This document shows, piece after piece, positions 28,683-37,692 of a DNA stretch of 64,000 nt. Source of the stretch: a virus (taxonomy: Duplodnaviria; Heunggongvirae; Uroviricota; Caudoviricetes); the IMG/VR virus record IMGVR_UViG_3300044765_000092, positions 1 to 64,000 of that record. One strand, 5' to 3'. Position 1 is the first letter of the stretch. Each line of letters opens with the position of its first letter. The notes under the pieces are model-generated. The model was not told the DNA's origin. It did not search any database and saw nothing but the letters and a program-made list of their open reading frames with translations. The position numbers and the translations under genes were made by a program.

Positions 28683-29356
28683 ACGTCCTTGGTACGACTG
28701 TCGAGCACCGTGTCTTCGATCTTGTAGCGCCAGACCTTAAATCCGTGGTCCTTGAGTTCATTAACCAGACGCATCGTCCTGTTCTCGATGTCGTGCAGAC
28801 TTTGCCCATGACCAGTCATGAACGTGTCCTTGGCCGATCGTTCTTCGGTGTCGGCCTCACGCTTCTTCATCAGCAGATCGGCTACACGGAACTTGTATTC
28901 GGCAGCTAGGATCTTGGCTTGTTCCAACCGCGCGTCGAACACTGGTTCGATTGTCACGTGAGATTCAAAGTAGAGCTCAGATCCATCGGACCTCGGGGTT
29001 CGGCGGTCTGTGTAGTCAATTGGTTTGCCCGGATTCCGATAGATAACAGATGGGCCGACTTCGTCAGCATCCAAACACGTACACTCGATAGTTGCCCATT
29101 GGTCTTTCGGCCAACATTCGACACCATCAGGTTCCAGTGACGCAAACGACACGGTTTTGCCCGGACGCCTGCACGTGATCAGATATGCCTCAGGACCTAA
29201 CGTCTGTAGCGGCCTACGCTTTGTCACCTCGCGATCAAACGCAAGTACCATCCCAGGTGGTGTGTTAGCCTCGGCCGCCGATCCTACGTCTTTCGTGCCA
29301 TCACCGCCGGCGCCGGCCAGCACGATCTCGAGACTTCGTTGCAGTTTGTCTTTCAT
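28664..29356 (-). CDS. Hypothetical phage protein
   Basis: 230-aa ORF, agga RBS. Confidence 0.65.
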   Translation of the reverse strand: MKDKLQRSLEIVLAGAGGDGTKDVGSAAEANTPPGMVLAFDREVTKRRPLQTLGPEAYLITCRRPGKTVSFASLEPDGVECWPKDQWATIECTCLDADEVGPSVIYRNPGKPIDYTDRRTPRSDGSELYFESHVTIEPVFDARLEQAKILAAEYKFRVADLLMKKREADTEERSAKDTFMTGHGQSLHDIENRTMRLVNELKDHGFKVWRYKIEDTVLDSRTKDVWNLLG

Positions 29357-29358
29357 GT

Positions 29359-29667
29359 TCAGTCCTTGATGTTGAACGCTTTGCGAACTTCCTGGTTCTC
29401 CAGGTGCTTGGCCCTAGCACATTCAGCGTAGGCTTGAGTGAACTGCCCGTAGTTGTTGACCACCGTCGTGTCCTGTGCGTCAGGCAGCTTTGGCAGTTGC
29501 TTGCATTCGGTCAGCAGTCTACGATCAAAATTTACCGTGTCGTTGCCCGACCCGACCGGAGCAGTCACCACGCCCTTGTCGGTTGCACACCCCGTCAGCG
29601 TTAAGATCAGCACGGCGGCCATGATGGCCAAGATAGCTACCAGCAGCGTAGTAAAGTTCCGGTTCAT
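29359..29667 (-). CDS. Outer-membrane spanin (Rz1-like lipoprotein)
   Basis: Signal peptide with lipobox LTGC; two further Cys; directly downstream of an Rz-like gene. Confidence 0.75.
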   Translation of the reverse strand: MNRNFTTLLVAILAIMAAVLILTLTGCATDKGVVTAPVGSGNDTVNFDRRLLTECKQLPKLPDAQDTTVVNNYGQFTQAYAECARAKHLENQEVRKAFNIKD

Positions 29668-30215
29668 TTCGGTGGTTCTCCAATCTGAGTGTTTGCGGTA
29701 TCGATCAAGTTGTTGACCGTGGTTGTGAACCCGGCGCTAAAGCGGTTGCACACCAGATTGCCGTCCTCGAACGTGATCGGTAGTTCTGCCTGCGTGTTAG
29801 GGTCCTTGACCTTGACGATCTGGACCTTGACTTGCGACTGCGCGATCTTCAGCGCCTGTGTGTAGTTGCTGATGATGCTGTCTACACGTTTTGCTGTGTC
29901 GGTCTTGAACTGATCCAGTTGATCCGCTGCTTGCTTAGAGCTTGTTTCCAGCGCTGCGATCTTATCTTGACGCTGTTTGTCTAGTGCTTGGTACTGCTGG
30001 ACCACTGATTGAAGCTGAGCGATCTTCGCGTCGTATTTGTGGGCCGCCCATCGATACCCACCGTAGAGACACACGACAACTACCACGACCTCGACTAATA
30101 TGTCGGCCGCCAGTCTCGGATTGGCTTTGGCCCAACTCGCTATATCACCAAAGACTGTGAGAAATATCGAGGTCACCCAACTGAACAGCGAGCGGAAGAG
30201 TAAAAAGATTCCCAT
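29664..30215 (-). CDS. Inner-membrane spanin (Rz-like)
   Basis: N-terminal TM helix, then coiled coil and a C-terminal Cys; 4-nt overlap with the lipoprotein gene. Confidence 0.7.
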   Translation of the reverse strand: MGIFLLFRSLFSWVTSIFLTVFGDIASWAKANPRLAADILVEVVVVVVCLYGGYRWAAHKYDAKIAQLQSVVQQYQALDKQRQDKIAALETSSKQAADQLDQFKTDTAKRVDSIISNYTQALKIAQSQVKVQIVKVKDPNTQAELPITFEDGNLVCNRFSAGFTTTVNNLIDTANTQIGEPPK

Positions 30216-30219
30216 GTGA

Positions 30220-31179
30220 CTAGACCAACATTGCGCGAACGCGCTCTACCATAGCCGGGCTACAGTTGAATGGATCGGAACCCGGCTCCCGCTTCCATAG
30301 TGCGACGTACTTGGTATCGAAGTGGTGTCGCACGTCCTTTAGGATGTGACGTGTGGCCTCGCGACCCGCCTTGTCACCATCCATCATCAAGATCAAGCGC
30401 TCAGGTTTAGCTCGTTCGAGCTGAAAGCGTTTGCCCTCGTACCAGTTCTTGGCACCTAGTACCGACATGGCCGGAATCCCGGCCTGGAGCAAACGCAGAC
30501 TGTCACGCGGTCCCTCACACAAAACCAACGACCGTAGATTCTGTCGCTTCATCAGCTTTACCGAGTAATCGAAGTAGAGCAGACCGTAATCCCGCGACCA
30601 CAGACCCGGAGCGTTCCAATACGATGGTTTGCTCTTGTCCTTAGGCTTTTCGATTTCGGCCTTGACGTATCCCTTGAGCTCACCACCAATGAACACAGGC
30701 AGCCACACGAATGTGACAGTAAACGTCGGACTCAACGCCAACTGCCCTAGCCGCGCTCCGATCTTCGCCAAGAACTTTGTAGGGACACCACGCCATGTCC
30801 TGAAGTCAAAGTCCTTGAACTCGATGTCCTCATACTCGTCGGTCCATGTGGTTTCTTGGTCCTCGGGTTCTTCGTCCAAAAGACGGTCTCGGAACTTGGA
30901 CGGGTCAAGGTACGAGTCACTGTTCTCGCGGTGCTCGTCACCGATAGGCTGAAGTCCAGCTTGCAACGCCAAGTCGTTGAACTTGACACTCTTGTTGCAG
31001 GCAAAACACCGGAACCAGCCGAGTGGTATGCTCTTTAGTGGATCTAAGTTGACCGATCCACTTGGATTCTTGTCTGGGTGGAAAGGGCAAACGATCATTG
31101 CGGATCGTTCGTTGATACGCTTGGCCGTAGGCATCAAGCTCAATTGTTGAATGATGTGCTGGCGGAGGACTTCGCTCAT
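30220..31179 (-). CDS. DNA primase (Zn finger + TOPRIM)
   Basis: CPFHPD...CFAC; LCEGPRD; MDGDKAG; likely start ATG 31179. Confidence 0.88.
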   Translation of the reverse strand: MSEVLRQHIIQQLSLMPTAKRINERSAMIVCPFHPDKNPSGSVNLDPLKSIPLGWFRCFACNKSVKFNDLALQAGLQPIGDEHRENSDSYLDPSKFRDRLLDEEPEDQETTWTDEYEDIEFKDFDFRTWRGVPTKFLAKIGARLGQLALSPTFTVTFVWLPVFIGGELKGYVKAEIEKPKDKSKPSYWNAPGLWSRDYGLLYFDYSVKLMKRQNLRSLVLCEGPRDSLRLLQAGIPAMSVLGAKNWYEGKRFQLERAKPERLILMMDGDKAGREATRHILKDVRHHFDTKYVALWKREPGSDPFNCSPAMVERVRAMLV

Positions 31180-31279
31180 GATGGCACGTACTCTGGGTGC
31201 AGCTACATTTACAGGCCGACGGTCAAGGTCTGGGCCTAATTTTAGGCTGGCGTTGTAAATGCGTGTCAAGAGGTTAGAC
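31180..31279. promoter_or_regulatory. Divergent promoter region
   Basis: Strand switch; TGTAAATG on - (31206-31213) and + (31254-31261); gcctaa-tt-ttaggc inverted repeat between them. Confidence 0.6.
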
Positions 31280-31609
31280 ATGATTACCAGCATTCACATG
31301 GCTACCCAGGTTCAAGCGTATCTGAACGGCGACGTACAAACGATTATGAGCCTGATCGCCGAATCCGTTGCCCAATACTGCAAGACAGTTGTTGAGGCTG
31401 AGAAGCCTGTTCAGACAGAGGAGTTCGATCGTACAGTCTCACGTGTCGCGTGCAAGGCTATTGCTACATTTCACCCTGATCTGGAAGACCGACTTGACAT
31501 CAAGGTGGCACGAGCCCCGGATTCTTTGAATGGTCGTCTGGAGATCAAATTGCACCGGGAGTTCCGATCGCTGTTGGTCGCCAACCCTGGAGCGTGCTAT
31601 TTGCAATGA
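31280..31609 (+). CDS. Hypothetical protein
   Basis: First ORF of the + block; gagg RBS. Confidence 0.6.
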   Translation: MITSIHMATQVQAYLNGDVQTIMSLIAESVAQYCKTVVEAEKPVQTEEFDRTVSRVACKAIATFHPDLEDRLDIKVARAPDSLNGRLEIKLHREFRSLLVANPGACYLQ

Positions 31610-31625
31610 ACCATAAGGAACGATA

Positions 31626-31970
31626 ATGGCCTTTATCAAGAAGCTTGGGAATATCATAGCAGGTTTCGTAAGAGCGGTACCAATTCTGGTGCTTATGTCC
31701 GTACCACTTTCTATAATTGGTGGTCTGTTGTTTGGGCCGCACGGCCATCCACCGCCGATGGTGCCTGCTACCACTGAAGAAGTTTCTGGGTACACGCTTT
31801 CAAACGGTCTGGCAGACTGCAAAGTCTATAGAGTGTCAGAGCCGCATCGCGCAGACGAGGATTATAGAACCTACCTCGCGGTCAGGTGTCCGCACTCGAC
31901 AGTCACCACGACATACCACGTCTCAGGTAAATACGCGCACGACGAGGTCTCGATCACTAGTACACCATGA
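31626..31970 (+). CDS. Membrane-anchored small protein
   Basis: N-terminal hydrophobic helix, two Cys; aagga RBS. Confidence 0.6.
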   Translation: MAFIKKLGNIIAGFVRAVPILVLMSVPLSIIGGLLFGPHGHPPPMVPATTEEVSGYTLSNGLADCKVYRVSEPHRADEDYRTYLAVRCPHSTVTTTYHVSGKYAHDEVSITSTP

Positions 31971-32947
31971 AAGAACACCAGATCACGGCGCTGCTCAAGC
32001 GTGTACTCGACAAAGCAACCGAAGAGACAGTGACCGATGGTCGTGTTGACCCCAGGCGTGTGTTCTTTGTTCGCCCTTCGGCCTTTCCCTATTGCGGATT
32101 GAGGACCCTGCTGTCGTTCCAAGATCGACTGCACGAAGTTCCGGCCGTCGACTTCGGAGGCTCTTACTTTACTGGCGTCGGTACCACTGTCCACTCTGTG
32201 ATCCAGAACTACATGGGGTTCAGCCCTCACGTAATTGGTGATTGGAAGTGTCGGCGTTGTGGGACTGTCCGCCGCTTCAGCGAGCGCAAGCCCTGTTCCA
32301 AGTGCAAGGGTCACGACCTTCAGTACGAAGAGCTGGAAATCGTCTACAAGAACACGGCGCTTGGCCATATAGACGGGTTGATTCGCCTTGAGCCCAAGCT
32401 CGGCAAGAACAGCCCCCATGTTGTGATCGACTATAAGACGAGCAGCACGTTCAAGATCGACAAGGCGAACAAGTACCCTGGGACCTTGCCGCTGCGCGAG
32501 AACGTGTTTCAGATACGTGCCTACGTGCCGTTGATCGAACAACTGTACCAAGTTCCAGTCGTTGGCTGGTCGCTTATCTACATCAGTCGTGATCGCCCGT
32601 TCAGCAGTGGCCGTCATGTGGTCAGTCGACTGATGGACGAACCTGAGCGGGCCAAGGTGTTGAGGCGTGTCGATCATATCGTGCGTGTGCATCGGAAGGT
32701 GTTGAAGGCCAAGACTCTTGAAGACTTTGCGATTGTGCGTAAGCACAAGATCTGCAAGGATGCTGAGCACTACAAGGCAGACTACATGCTGGACAACAAT
32801 AAGTGCCCGTTTGCACCTATCTGCTTCAACGATAAGAAGCTAGACCAAAAGCTGGAGTCGTTGCACAAGCAACATCGCAAGGTGTGGCCGCTCATCAGTC
32901 AGGCCAGTATCGATATTCAATCCGAGCTAGGGATGCTGCCAAAGTGA
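31967..32947 (+). CDS. Cas4-like PD-(D/E)XK exonuclease
   Basis: RPSAFPYC, GTTVHSVIQ, GHIDG, IDYKT, QIRAY, C-terminal C...CPFAPIC; internal CxxC..CxxC. Confidence 0.8.
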   Translation: MKEHQITALLKRVLDKATEETVTDGRVDPRRVFFVRPSAFPYCGLRTLLSFQDRLHEVPAVDFGGSYFTGVGTTVHSVIQNYMGFSPHVIGDWKCRRCGTVRRFSERKPCSKCKGHDLQYEELEIVYKNTALGHIDGLIRLEPKLGKNSPHVVIDYKTSSTFKIDKANKYPGTLPLRENVFQIRAYVPLIEQLYQVPVVGWSLIYISRDRPFSSGRHVVSRLMDEPERAKVLRRVDHIVRVHRKVLKAKTLEDFAIVRKHKICKDAEHYKADYMLDNNKCPFAPICFNDKKLDQKLESLHKQHRKVWPLISQASIDIQSELGMLPK

Positions 32948-33840
32948 GAGTCTTCGTCGTCGACGCTGGCTACTACGTTCACAAGACGTTCGACGTGGTG
33001 GCCGCCAATCGGAATCCAGAGTTCATCGAAAAGAACTGCATGTCCACCCTGTTGTCCAGTGTCTGCAAAGACGCGTTGGTCAACAATGCGACACACGTAT
33101 TGGTCTGCTTCGACGGCGGGAACCAATATCGCAGGTCTATCTACAAGGACTACAAGGCAAACCGCCGAAAATCCAATGAAACACAGATCACCAAGAAAGA
33201 CGGATCTGTTGTCACTGTGGCAGCATCTCCTCACACTATGGCTCGACCAGCATTCGAAATGCTGCAATTGGCTGGCTTTGCCTGCTCACGAGTCAAAGGA
33301 TACGAAGCCGACGACTTGCTCGGAAGCGCAGCCACCTCGTTAGTTCCGCAAGGCGCTCACGTAGTGTTGGGCACGCGTGACAAAGATATGGCGTCGTGCG
33401 TTGGACCAAAATGCTCGTTGTTCTGGCCTACGGAGAAGCGGGTGCTCGGCCCGGACGATGTGTTTGCCCATTGGGGTGTGTACCCGAACCAGATGCGCGA
33501 CTTCTTGTGTTTGACCGGCGACGGTGTTGACAACATTCCTGGGTCAGGTTTCTCACCCAAGACGGCTGCCGCACTGTTGCAGAAGCACGGGTCGATCGCC
33601 AACTGCCTGGAGTCCGATAATGTTGATGCACGAAAGCTGAGACAGAAATCCAAATCGCTGCAGATAGCCCGGAAGCTAGTGACGCTGCGACGAGACATCA
33701 ATTATAAGCTGGACGATCTGGTGCCCAATGCACCTGATGTTGAGACACTATCGGAACTCGTCTGGAAGGTGCCAGACTCACTCAAGGAACTAGGTGATGC
33801 CCGAAAAGCTGCAAGATTTAAGGGGCTGTTCAGACGCTGA
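32944..33840 (+). CDS. 5'-3' exonuclease (PolI N-terminal / T4 RNase H-like flap nuclease)
   Basis: VVDA, CFDG, YKANR, YEADD, RDKDM, GDGVDNIPG. Confidence 0.92.
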   Translation: MRVFVVDAGYYVHKTFDVVAANRNPEFIEKNCMSTLLSSVCKDALVNNATHVLVCFDGGNQYRRSIYKDYKANRRKSNETQITKKDGSVVTVAASPHTMARPAFEMLQLAGFACSRVKGYEADDLLGSAATSLVPQGAHVVLGTRDKDMASCVGPKCSLFWPTEKRVLGPDDVFAHWGVYPNQMRDFLCLTGDGVDNIPGSGFSPKTAAALLQKHGSIANCLESDNVDARKLRQKSKSLQIARKLVTLRRDINYKLDDLVPNAPDVETLSELVWKVPDSLKELGDARKAARFKGLFRR

Positions 33841-33952
33841 TCTAGTAGACGAGCATCACTGGGCCGCTCTCGAAGAGGCTCTGCGCGACGAAGACGAAGA
33901 TCATCAGTTCCAGGCCGAAATCGCCTGGTCGATGCGTAACGAAGGACGATAG
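33797..33952 (+). CDS. Small acidic protein (51 aa, below the ORF-track cutoff)
   Basis: MPEKLQDLRGCSDADLVDEHHWAALEEALRDEDEDHQ...; aggtg RBS; fills the gap to the next gene. Confidence 0.45.
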   Translation: MPEKLQDLRGCSDADLVDEHHWAALEEALRDEDEDHQFQAEIAWSMRNEGR

Positions 33953-33954
33953 TC

Positions 33955-34326
33955 ATGAAAGACAAACAACCACTGTGGAAACGATGCTGGAACAAGCTCC
34001 AGTGGTGTTACTGGTCGATCTTCGGCTGGAACAGCGAGTGTGGTAAATACCGAGTGGTACCCGTGTGGATCGACTGCAGATTCTGCGGCTACGAGCCCCA
34101 GATGAAATACACAATGGGTCTGCGTCCTGGGGAGTTTTGGACACCACTCAACCGAATGGGTTTCTGGGCAGTGCCAGACTCGTTCATGTTTGGCTACACT
34201 GGTGATGATCGGTATCCACAAGCTACGTTCAAAGAAGCGCTGGACGCGGTGGCACGGTCCGTGATCATCAACACAAACAACGTTGTTCGTCCCTTAACAG
34301 TCGTGAGCAAAGATGGAAACTATTAA
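33955..34326 (+). CDS. Hypothetical protein (Trp/Cys-rich)
   Basis: 123-aa ORF, aagga RBS. Confidence 0.55.
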   Translation: MKDKQPLWKRCWNKLQWCYWSIFGWNSECGKYRVVPVWIDCRFCGYEPQMKYTMGLRPGEFWTPLNRMGFWAVPDSFMFGYTGDDRYPQATFKEALDAVARSVIINTNNVVRPLTVVSKDGNY

Positions 34327-34417
34327 GCGGCTCTTTCACGTTTTGATCGGTGGAGTGCTCATTGTGCTGAGCACCCATCTACTCGTGACCTACATCATCT
34401 ACCTCAAGCACCTATAA
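34313..34417 (+). CDS. 34-aa single-TM peptide (below the ORF-track cutoff)
   Basis: METIKRLFHVLIGGVLIVLSTHLLVTYIIYLKHL*. Confidence 0.45.
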   Translation: METIKRLFHVLIGGVLIVLSTHLLVTYIIYLKHL

Positions 34418-34428
34418 GGCAGTAGACA

Positions 34429-35493
34429 ATGCGCGTAAAAGAAGGCGACTACGCCATCTGTAAAGAACGACAAGAGGGACGAAAAGACCGCACGTTCCTT
34501 ATCCGAGTGGATCGCGTTAAGGAACATGCTGTGCTCGGTACGCTCGAACGCGATCCGCACATCAAGCGGGTGCAACTCGACGTCGAGACCAAGAATATCG
34601 TCTGCAATCTGGGACCGGATCCACATCCGGGTCGTGTTCATGGGATTGACACCGGGTTCCTTTACCGTAAAAGTTTCGACCACCCGTTCTGGGGTGAGAT
34701 CCATTTCTTCACTAAGCTTGACAAACTTACGATCAAGGCGTTCCGCTCAGCTTTGGACACCAGTGCGAAGATCGTGCAGAAAGCCAAGCTCCAGGAATTC
34801 ACTACCTGCGTGCTGACCGAGATCAGTGCCAAGAACGGTAAGTGGGCTGGCAAGTACATTCACGGCGGTCGAGAAAAGCCGAATCGTGTGCGCTATGCTC
34901 CGGAATTCGCAGCCGGCAACCGGGCAGCAATGGAGTATGTAATCTTGCACGAGTTCGGCCACGTTGTTCGGTTCAACGGGCTGACTACTCCCAAGTGGAA
35001 AGCTCGCTGGGTCAACGCCTATCGTCGTAGTGTCGAGCCCACGGTGGTCACCAAAGACCAGCTTCGTGCGTTCCACAAGGCAGTGTTTGCCAATCCGGAA
35101 GGCAGTGCCTCGTTCACCACTGCGCTCAACGACGCTGTCGAAGACAAGGAAGACAACAAGATCGCAATGAAGGCTATCCTTCGTTGGATCAAGGATACGC
35201 ACCGACTGACTGTCAAGGATCTGTCGATCCTGTATCAGTCGAAGAACATAGACGATCTGGAAAGCGTGTGGCCTACCGGGATCGTCGACACAAGCAAGCT
35301 CAAGCCTCTCATCACCGAATACGCAACGAAGAACCCCGAAGAAACGTTTGCTGAGGCGTTTGCATTTCATCTCACGGGCAAGAAGCTGCCCAAGTCAATC
35401 ACCGGTCTGATGGAAGAGTCTATCAGGTACGCATCCGTCAAGGGGGTTCAGCATGAAACAGATACGAGTCCAGGAGACAGCGGACAAACCTAG
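34429..35493 (+). CDS. Zincin-like metallopeptidase domain protein
   Basis: LHEFGH plus TEYATKNPEETFAEAF third-ligand motif. Confidence 0.7.
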   Translation: MRVKEGDYAICKERQEGRKDRTFLIRVDRVKEHAVLGTLERDPHIKRVQLDVETKNIVCNLGPDPHPGRVHGIDTGFLYRKSFDHPFWGEIHFFTKLDKLTIKAFRSALDTSAKIVQKAKLQEFTTCVLTEISAKNGKWAGKYIHGGREKPNRVRYAPEFAAGNRAAMEYVILHEFGHVVRFNGLTTPKWKARWVNAYRRSVEPTVVTKDQLRAFHKAVFANPEGSASFTTALNDAVEDKEDNKIAMKAILRWIKDTHRLTVKDLSILYQSKNIDDLESVWPTGIVDTSKLKPLITEYATKNPEETFAEAFAFHLTGKKLPKSITGLMEESIRYASVKGVQHETDTSPGDSGQT

Positions 35494-36187
35494 AACAAAG
35501 ATGGTCGGTCTGAGCGACATTAAGGCACGGCGTCAATACTGGGATATGTCGAATCCACGGTGGTCACCGAAGCACACTTGTCTGAAAGTCACAAAGGGTA
35601 ATGCGCTCGTCTACACGGAACTCTCGCGCGGTCTAACGGACAACTTTAAGAATTACGTGCTCACTTGGATAGCCGATCCTAGGATTGTCGACAAGCGGAC
35701 AGCATTGTCTGTAGCAAAGGAGTACACCTTCGACAACAAAAATCAACAGAGTCCAGTGCGAGCGGTGTTGTCCGGAGATTTCGAATCCAAAGGATTAACT
35801 CAAGTAGTGTTTGCTTGGGTTGAACAAAAGCTGCGTGGCCGTGGTGTTGGTCGAAAGCTATACACAATTCTGTACCGAAAGTCTAATCGTGGCCTTTTCA
35901 GCACCCCGATCAGCGAGATGAGTCGGAGTGCCTTTCTGCTTTGGTTGTCGTTATACGAAAACAATCCCAAGATGCGGATATCTATGGGTACGCGATTCAA
36001 GGCCTACGATCCGCTCATTAAGAGTCTGAGTAAGCTCGCAACCTGCACACCGTCACCAACATCTAAGCATGACGTTCTTATCCCACGCGAGTCCCTGTCT
36101 ATTTCAGCTGATTCAGCGTGGCTGAGCGACAGCGTTGACTTGTTCAGAAAACAAGGTGTGCGCTTGACTTTCGTTTGGCTGAAGTAG
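35453..36187 (+). CDS. GNAT-like acetyltransferase
   Basis: WVEQKLRGRGVGRKLY acetyl-CoA binding motif A. Confidence 0.55.
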   Translation: MKQIRVQETADKPRTKMVGLSDIKARRQYWDMSNPRWSPKHTCLKVTKGNALVYTELSRGLTDNFKNYVLTWIADPRIVDKRTALSVAKEYTFDNKNQQSPVRAVLSGDFESKGLTQVVFAWVEQKLRGRGVGRKLYTILYRKSNRGLFSTPISEMSRSAFLLWLSLYENNPKMRISMGTRFKAYDPLIKSLSKLATCTPSPTSKHDVLIPRESLSISADSAWLSDSVDLFRKQGVRLTFVWLK

Positions 36188-36197
36188 GAGACAATTT

Positions 36198-36602
36198 ATG
36201 ACGATGACCATTCGCCAGATCCTGGCGAAAACGCCGAATGATCGTAAGATCAGGGCAAACTATGTAAAGATCACTGAGCTCAAACGCAAGGCCAACAGGG
36301 ACGGCAGCACGCTGTTCCTTGCCAAATCGCATTCGTTCAAGGACAACGAAGGCAATACAAAGCGCGTCAAGGGCAACACCTATGTGACCCAGATTCGTGC
36401 TATGGGCAAGAGCGTGATCGTCGGTTGTACGTGTGATGATTTCTGGGCGACGTGGGAGGTCGCGCTCCACAAACAGGGCGCCGCACCTATCAAGTACTCG
36501 AACGGCGAAGAGCCCAACACACGTAACCCACTCAACATTCCAGGAGCATGCAAGCATGTTTGCGCGATGGCAAACATGCTGATTCGAAAGGGATACCTGT
36601 GA
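36198..36602 (+). CDS. SWIM zinc-finger protein
   Basis: CTCDDF...CKH; aggag RBS. Confidence 0.75.
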   Translation: MTMTIRQILAKTPNDRKIRANYVKITELKRKANRDGSTLFLAKSHSFKDNEGNTKRVKGNTYVTQIRAMGKSVIVGCTCDDFWATWEVALHKQGAAPIKYSNGEEPNTRNPLNIPGACKHVCAMANMLIRKGYL

Positions 36603-37657
36603 GTACCATCGCCTATCAGCACAGTCAGATGTTCGGTACCCTCAAGGGGATTACCGAACAGATTGACGTCAACCTTACGTCCTTCCAGTATTTGTCGGTG
36701 CTAGATCGACTTGTCTACAACGCTATTGCTCCTCTTATCGAGCATACTCAGTTCTTTGACGTGTACTTGGGTCAAGTATTGTCGTGGCAGACACGCAATC
36801 CAAAACGCAAGGCCACTGGCGTTGGACGGCAACAGTTCAGCGCCAACGTCGTTCTCTACTACCTACAGGACGATCCAGCCAAGAAGCTGAAGATCGTGCA
36901 AAAGACTAAGCTCGACAGAGGTATTCTGTTTGAGGCTCTGCGGCGTTGGCTCGATCTATGTATCGAGTACGACCAGATCAAGGACTTACCAGCAACTCCA
37001 GATCGGATCATCCATCTGACGGAGCTGCACTCCAAACTGGCTATGCGACCCAACGGAAGTCTACACTTTGCGTTTAGTAGCTGTCGGTATTGGAACGAGC
37101 AGGCTCAGCAGTTCAAGTCCAAGATCCTCGAGAAGTATGTTCGCAAGTGCCTGATGACAGCACAACGTGACTACAAGGCGCTGCAACACCGAGTTCCACT
37201 CAACGACATCATTCAGACCTATCTGATGGTGGCGAGCAAGGCGATTGATAAGTGCGACACTGACAAGGGCGTGCTGACAACCCACATCGAGAACTGGTTG
37301 TTGAGCGCTAAGAACGTCGTTGTGTCCACCTATCTGCAGGATGCGGCTGTGGCTGTAGCATCGGCTGCAACATCGTCAACGACGTCAACAACGGCCAGTC
37401 GGTCTAATACTTCGGTGTCGGGTTCTGTCTCGGGCCTGACGTTGATGGAAACAGTGTCGCTCGACGAAGCCGAAGACGTGGCTGCGGAACCTGAAACAGA
37501 CTACCTAGAAGAAGAGCAAGAGTTCGAGCACATGCGCCGTATCGCCAAGATCTTCGATTCTGCTGGTGTGGGTCGTATTCTGTTGGGAGTGCAAGAGTCC
37601 CTGTCAGTGAGCGACAAGCAAGCTCTTCACGCAGTGGCCGTCATTCCACGACAGTAA
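36599..37657 (+). CDS. Phage sigma-70-like transcription factor (region 2, no clear region 4)
   Basis: ILEKYVRKCLMTAQRDY...LNDIIQTYLMVASKAIDKCDTDKGVLTTHIENWL aligns by eye with sigma region 2.1-2.4; GTG start overlaps the upstream stop. Confidence 0.7.
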   Translation: MSTIAYQHSQMFGTLKGITEQIDVNLTSFQYLSVLDRLVYNAIAPLIEHTQFFDVYLGQVLSWQTRNPKRKATGVGRQQFSANVVLYYLQDDPAKKLKIVQKTKLDRGILFEALRRWLDLCIEYDQIKDLPATPDRIIHLTELHSKLAMRPNGSLHFAFSSCRYWNEQAQQFKSKILEKYVRKCLMTAQRDYKALQHRVPLNDIIQTYLMVASKAIDKCDTDKGVLTTHIENWLLSAKNVVVSTYLQDAAVAVASAATSSTTSTTASRSNTSVSGSVSGLTLMETVSLDEAEDVAAEPETDYLEEEQEFEHMRRIAKIFDSAGVGRILLGVQESLSVSDKQALHAVAVIPRQ

Positions 37658-37692
37658 GGCATGTAAATGCAGGTTCAGCGAACAGCAAACCT

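Noticed and set aside
31967-32947. CRISPR-Cas system suggested by the Cas4-like gene
   Set aside because: No repeat-spacer array or other cas genes are visible in the window.
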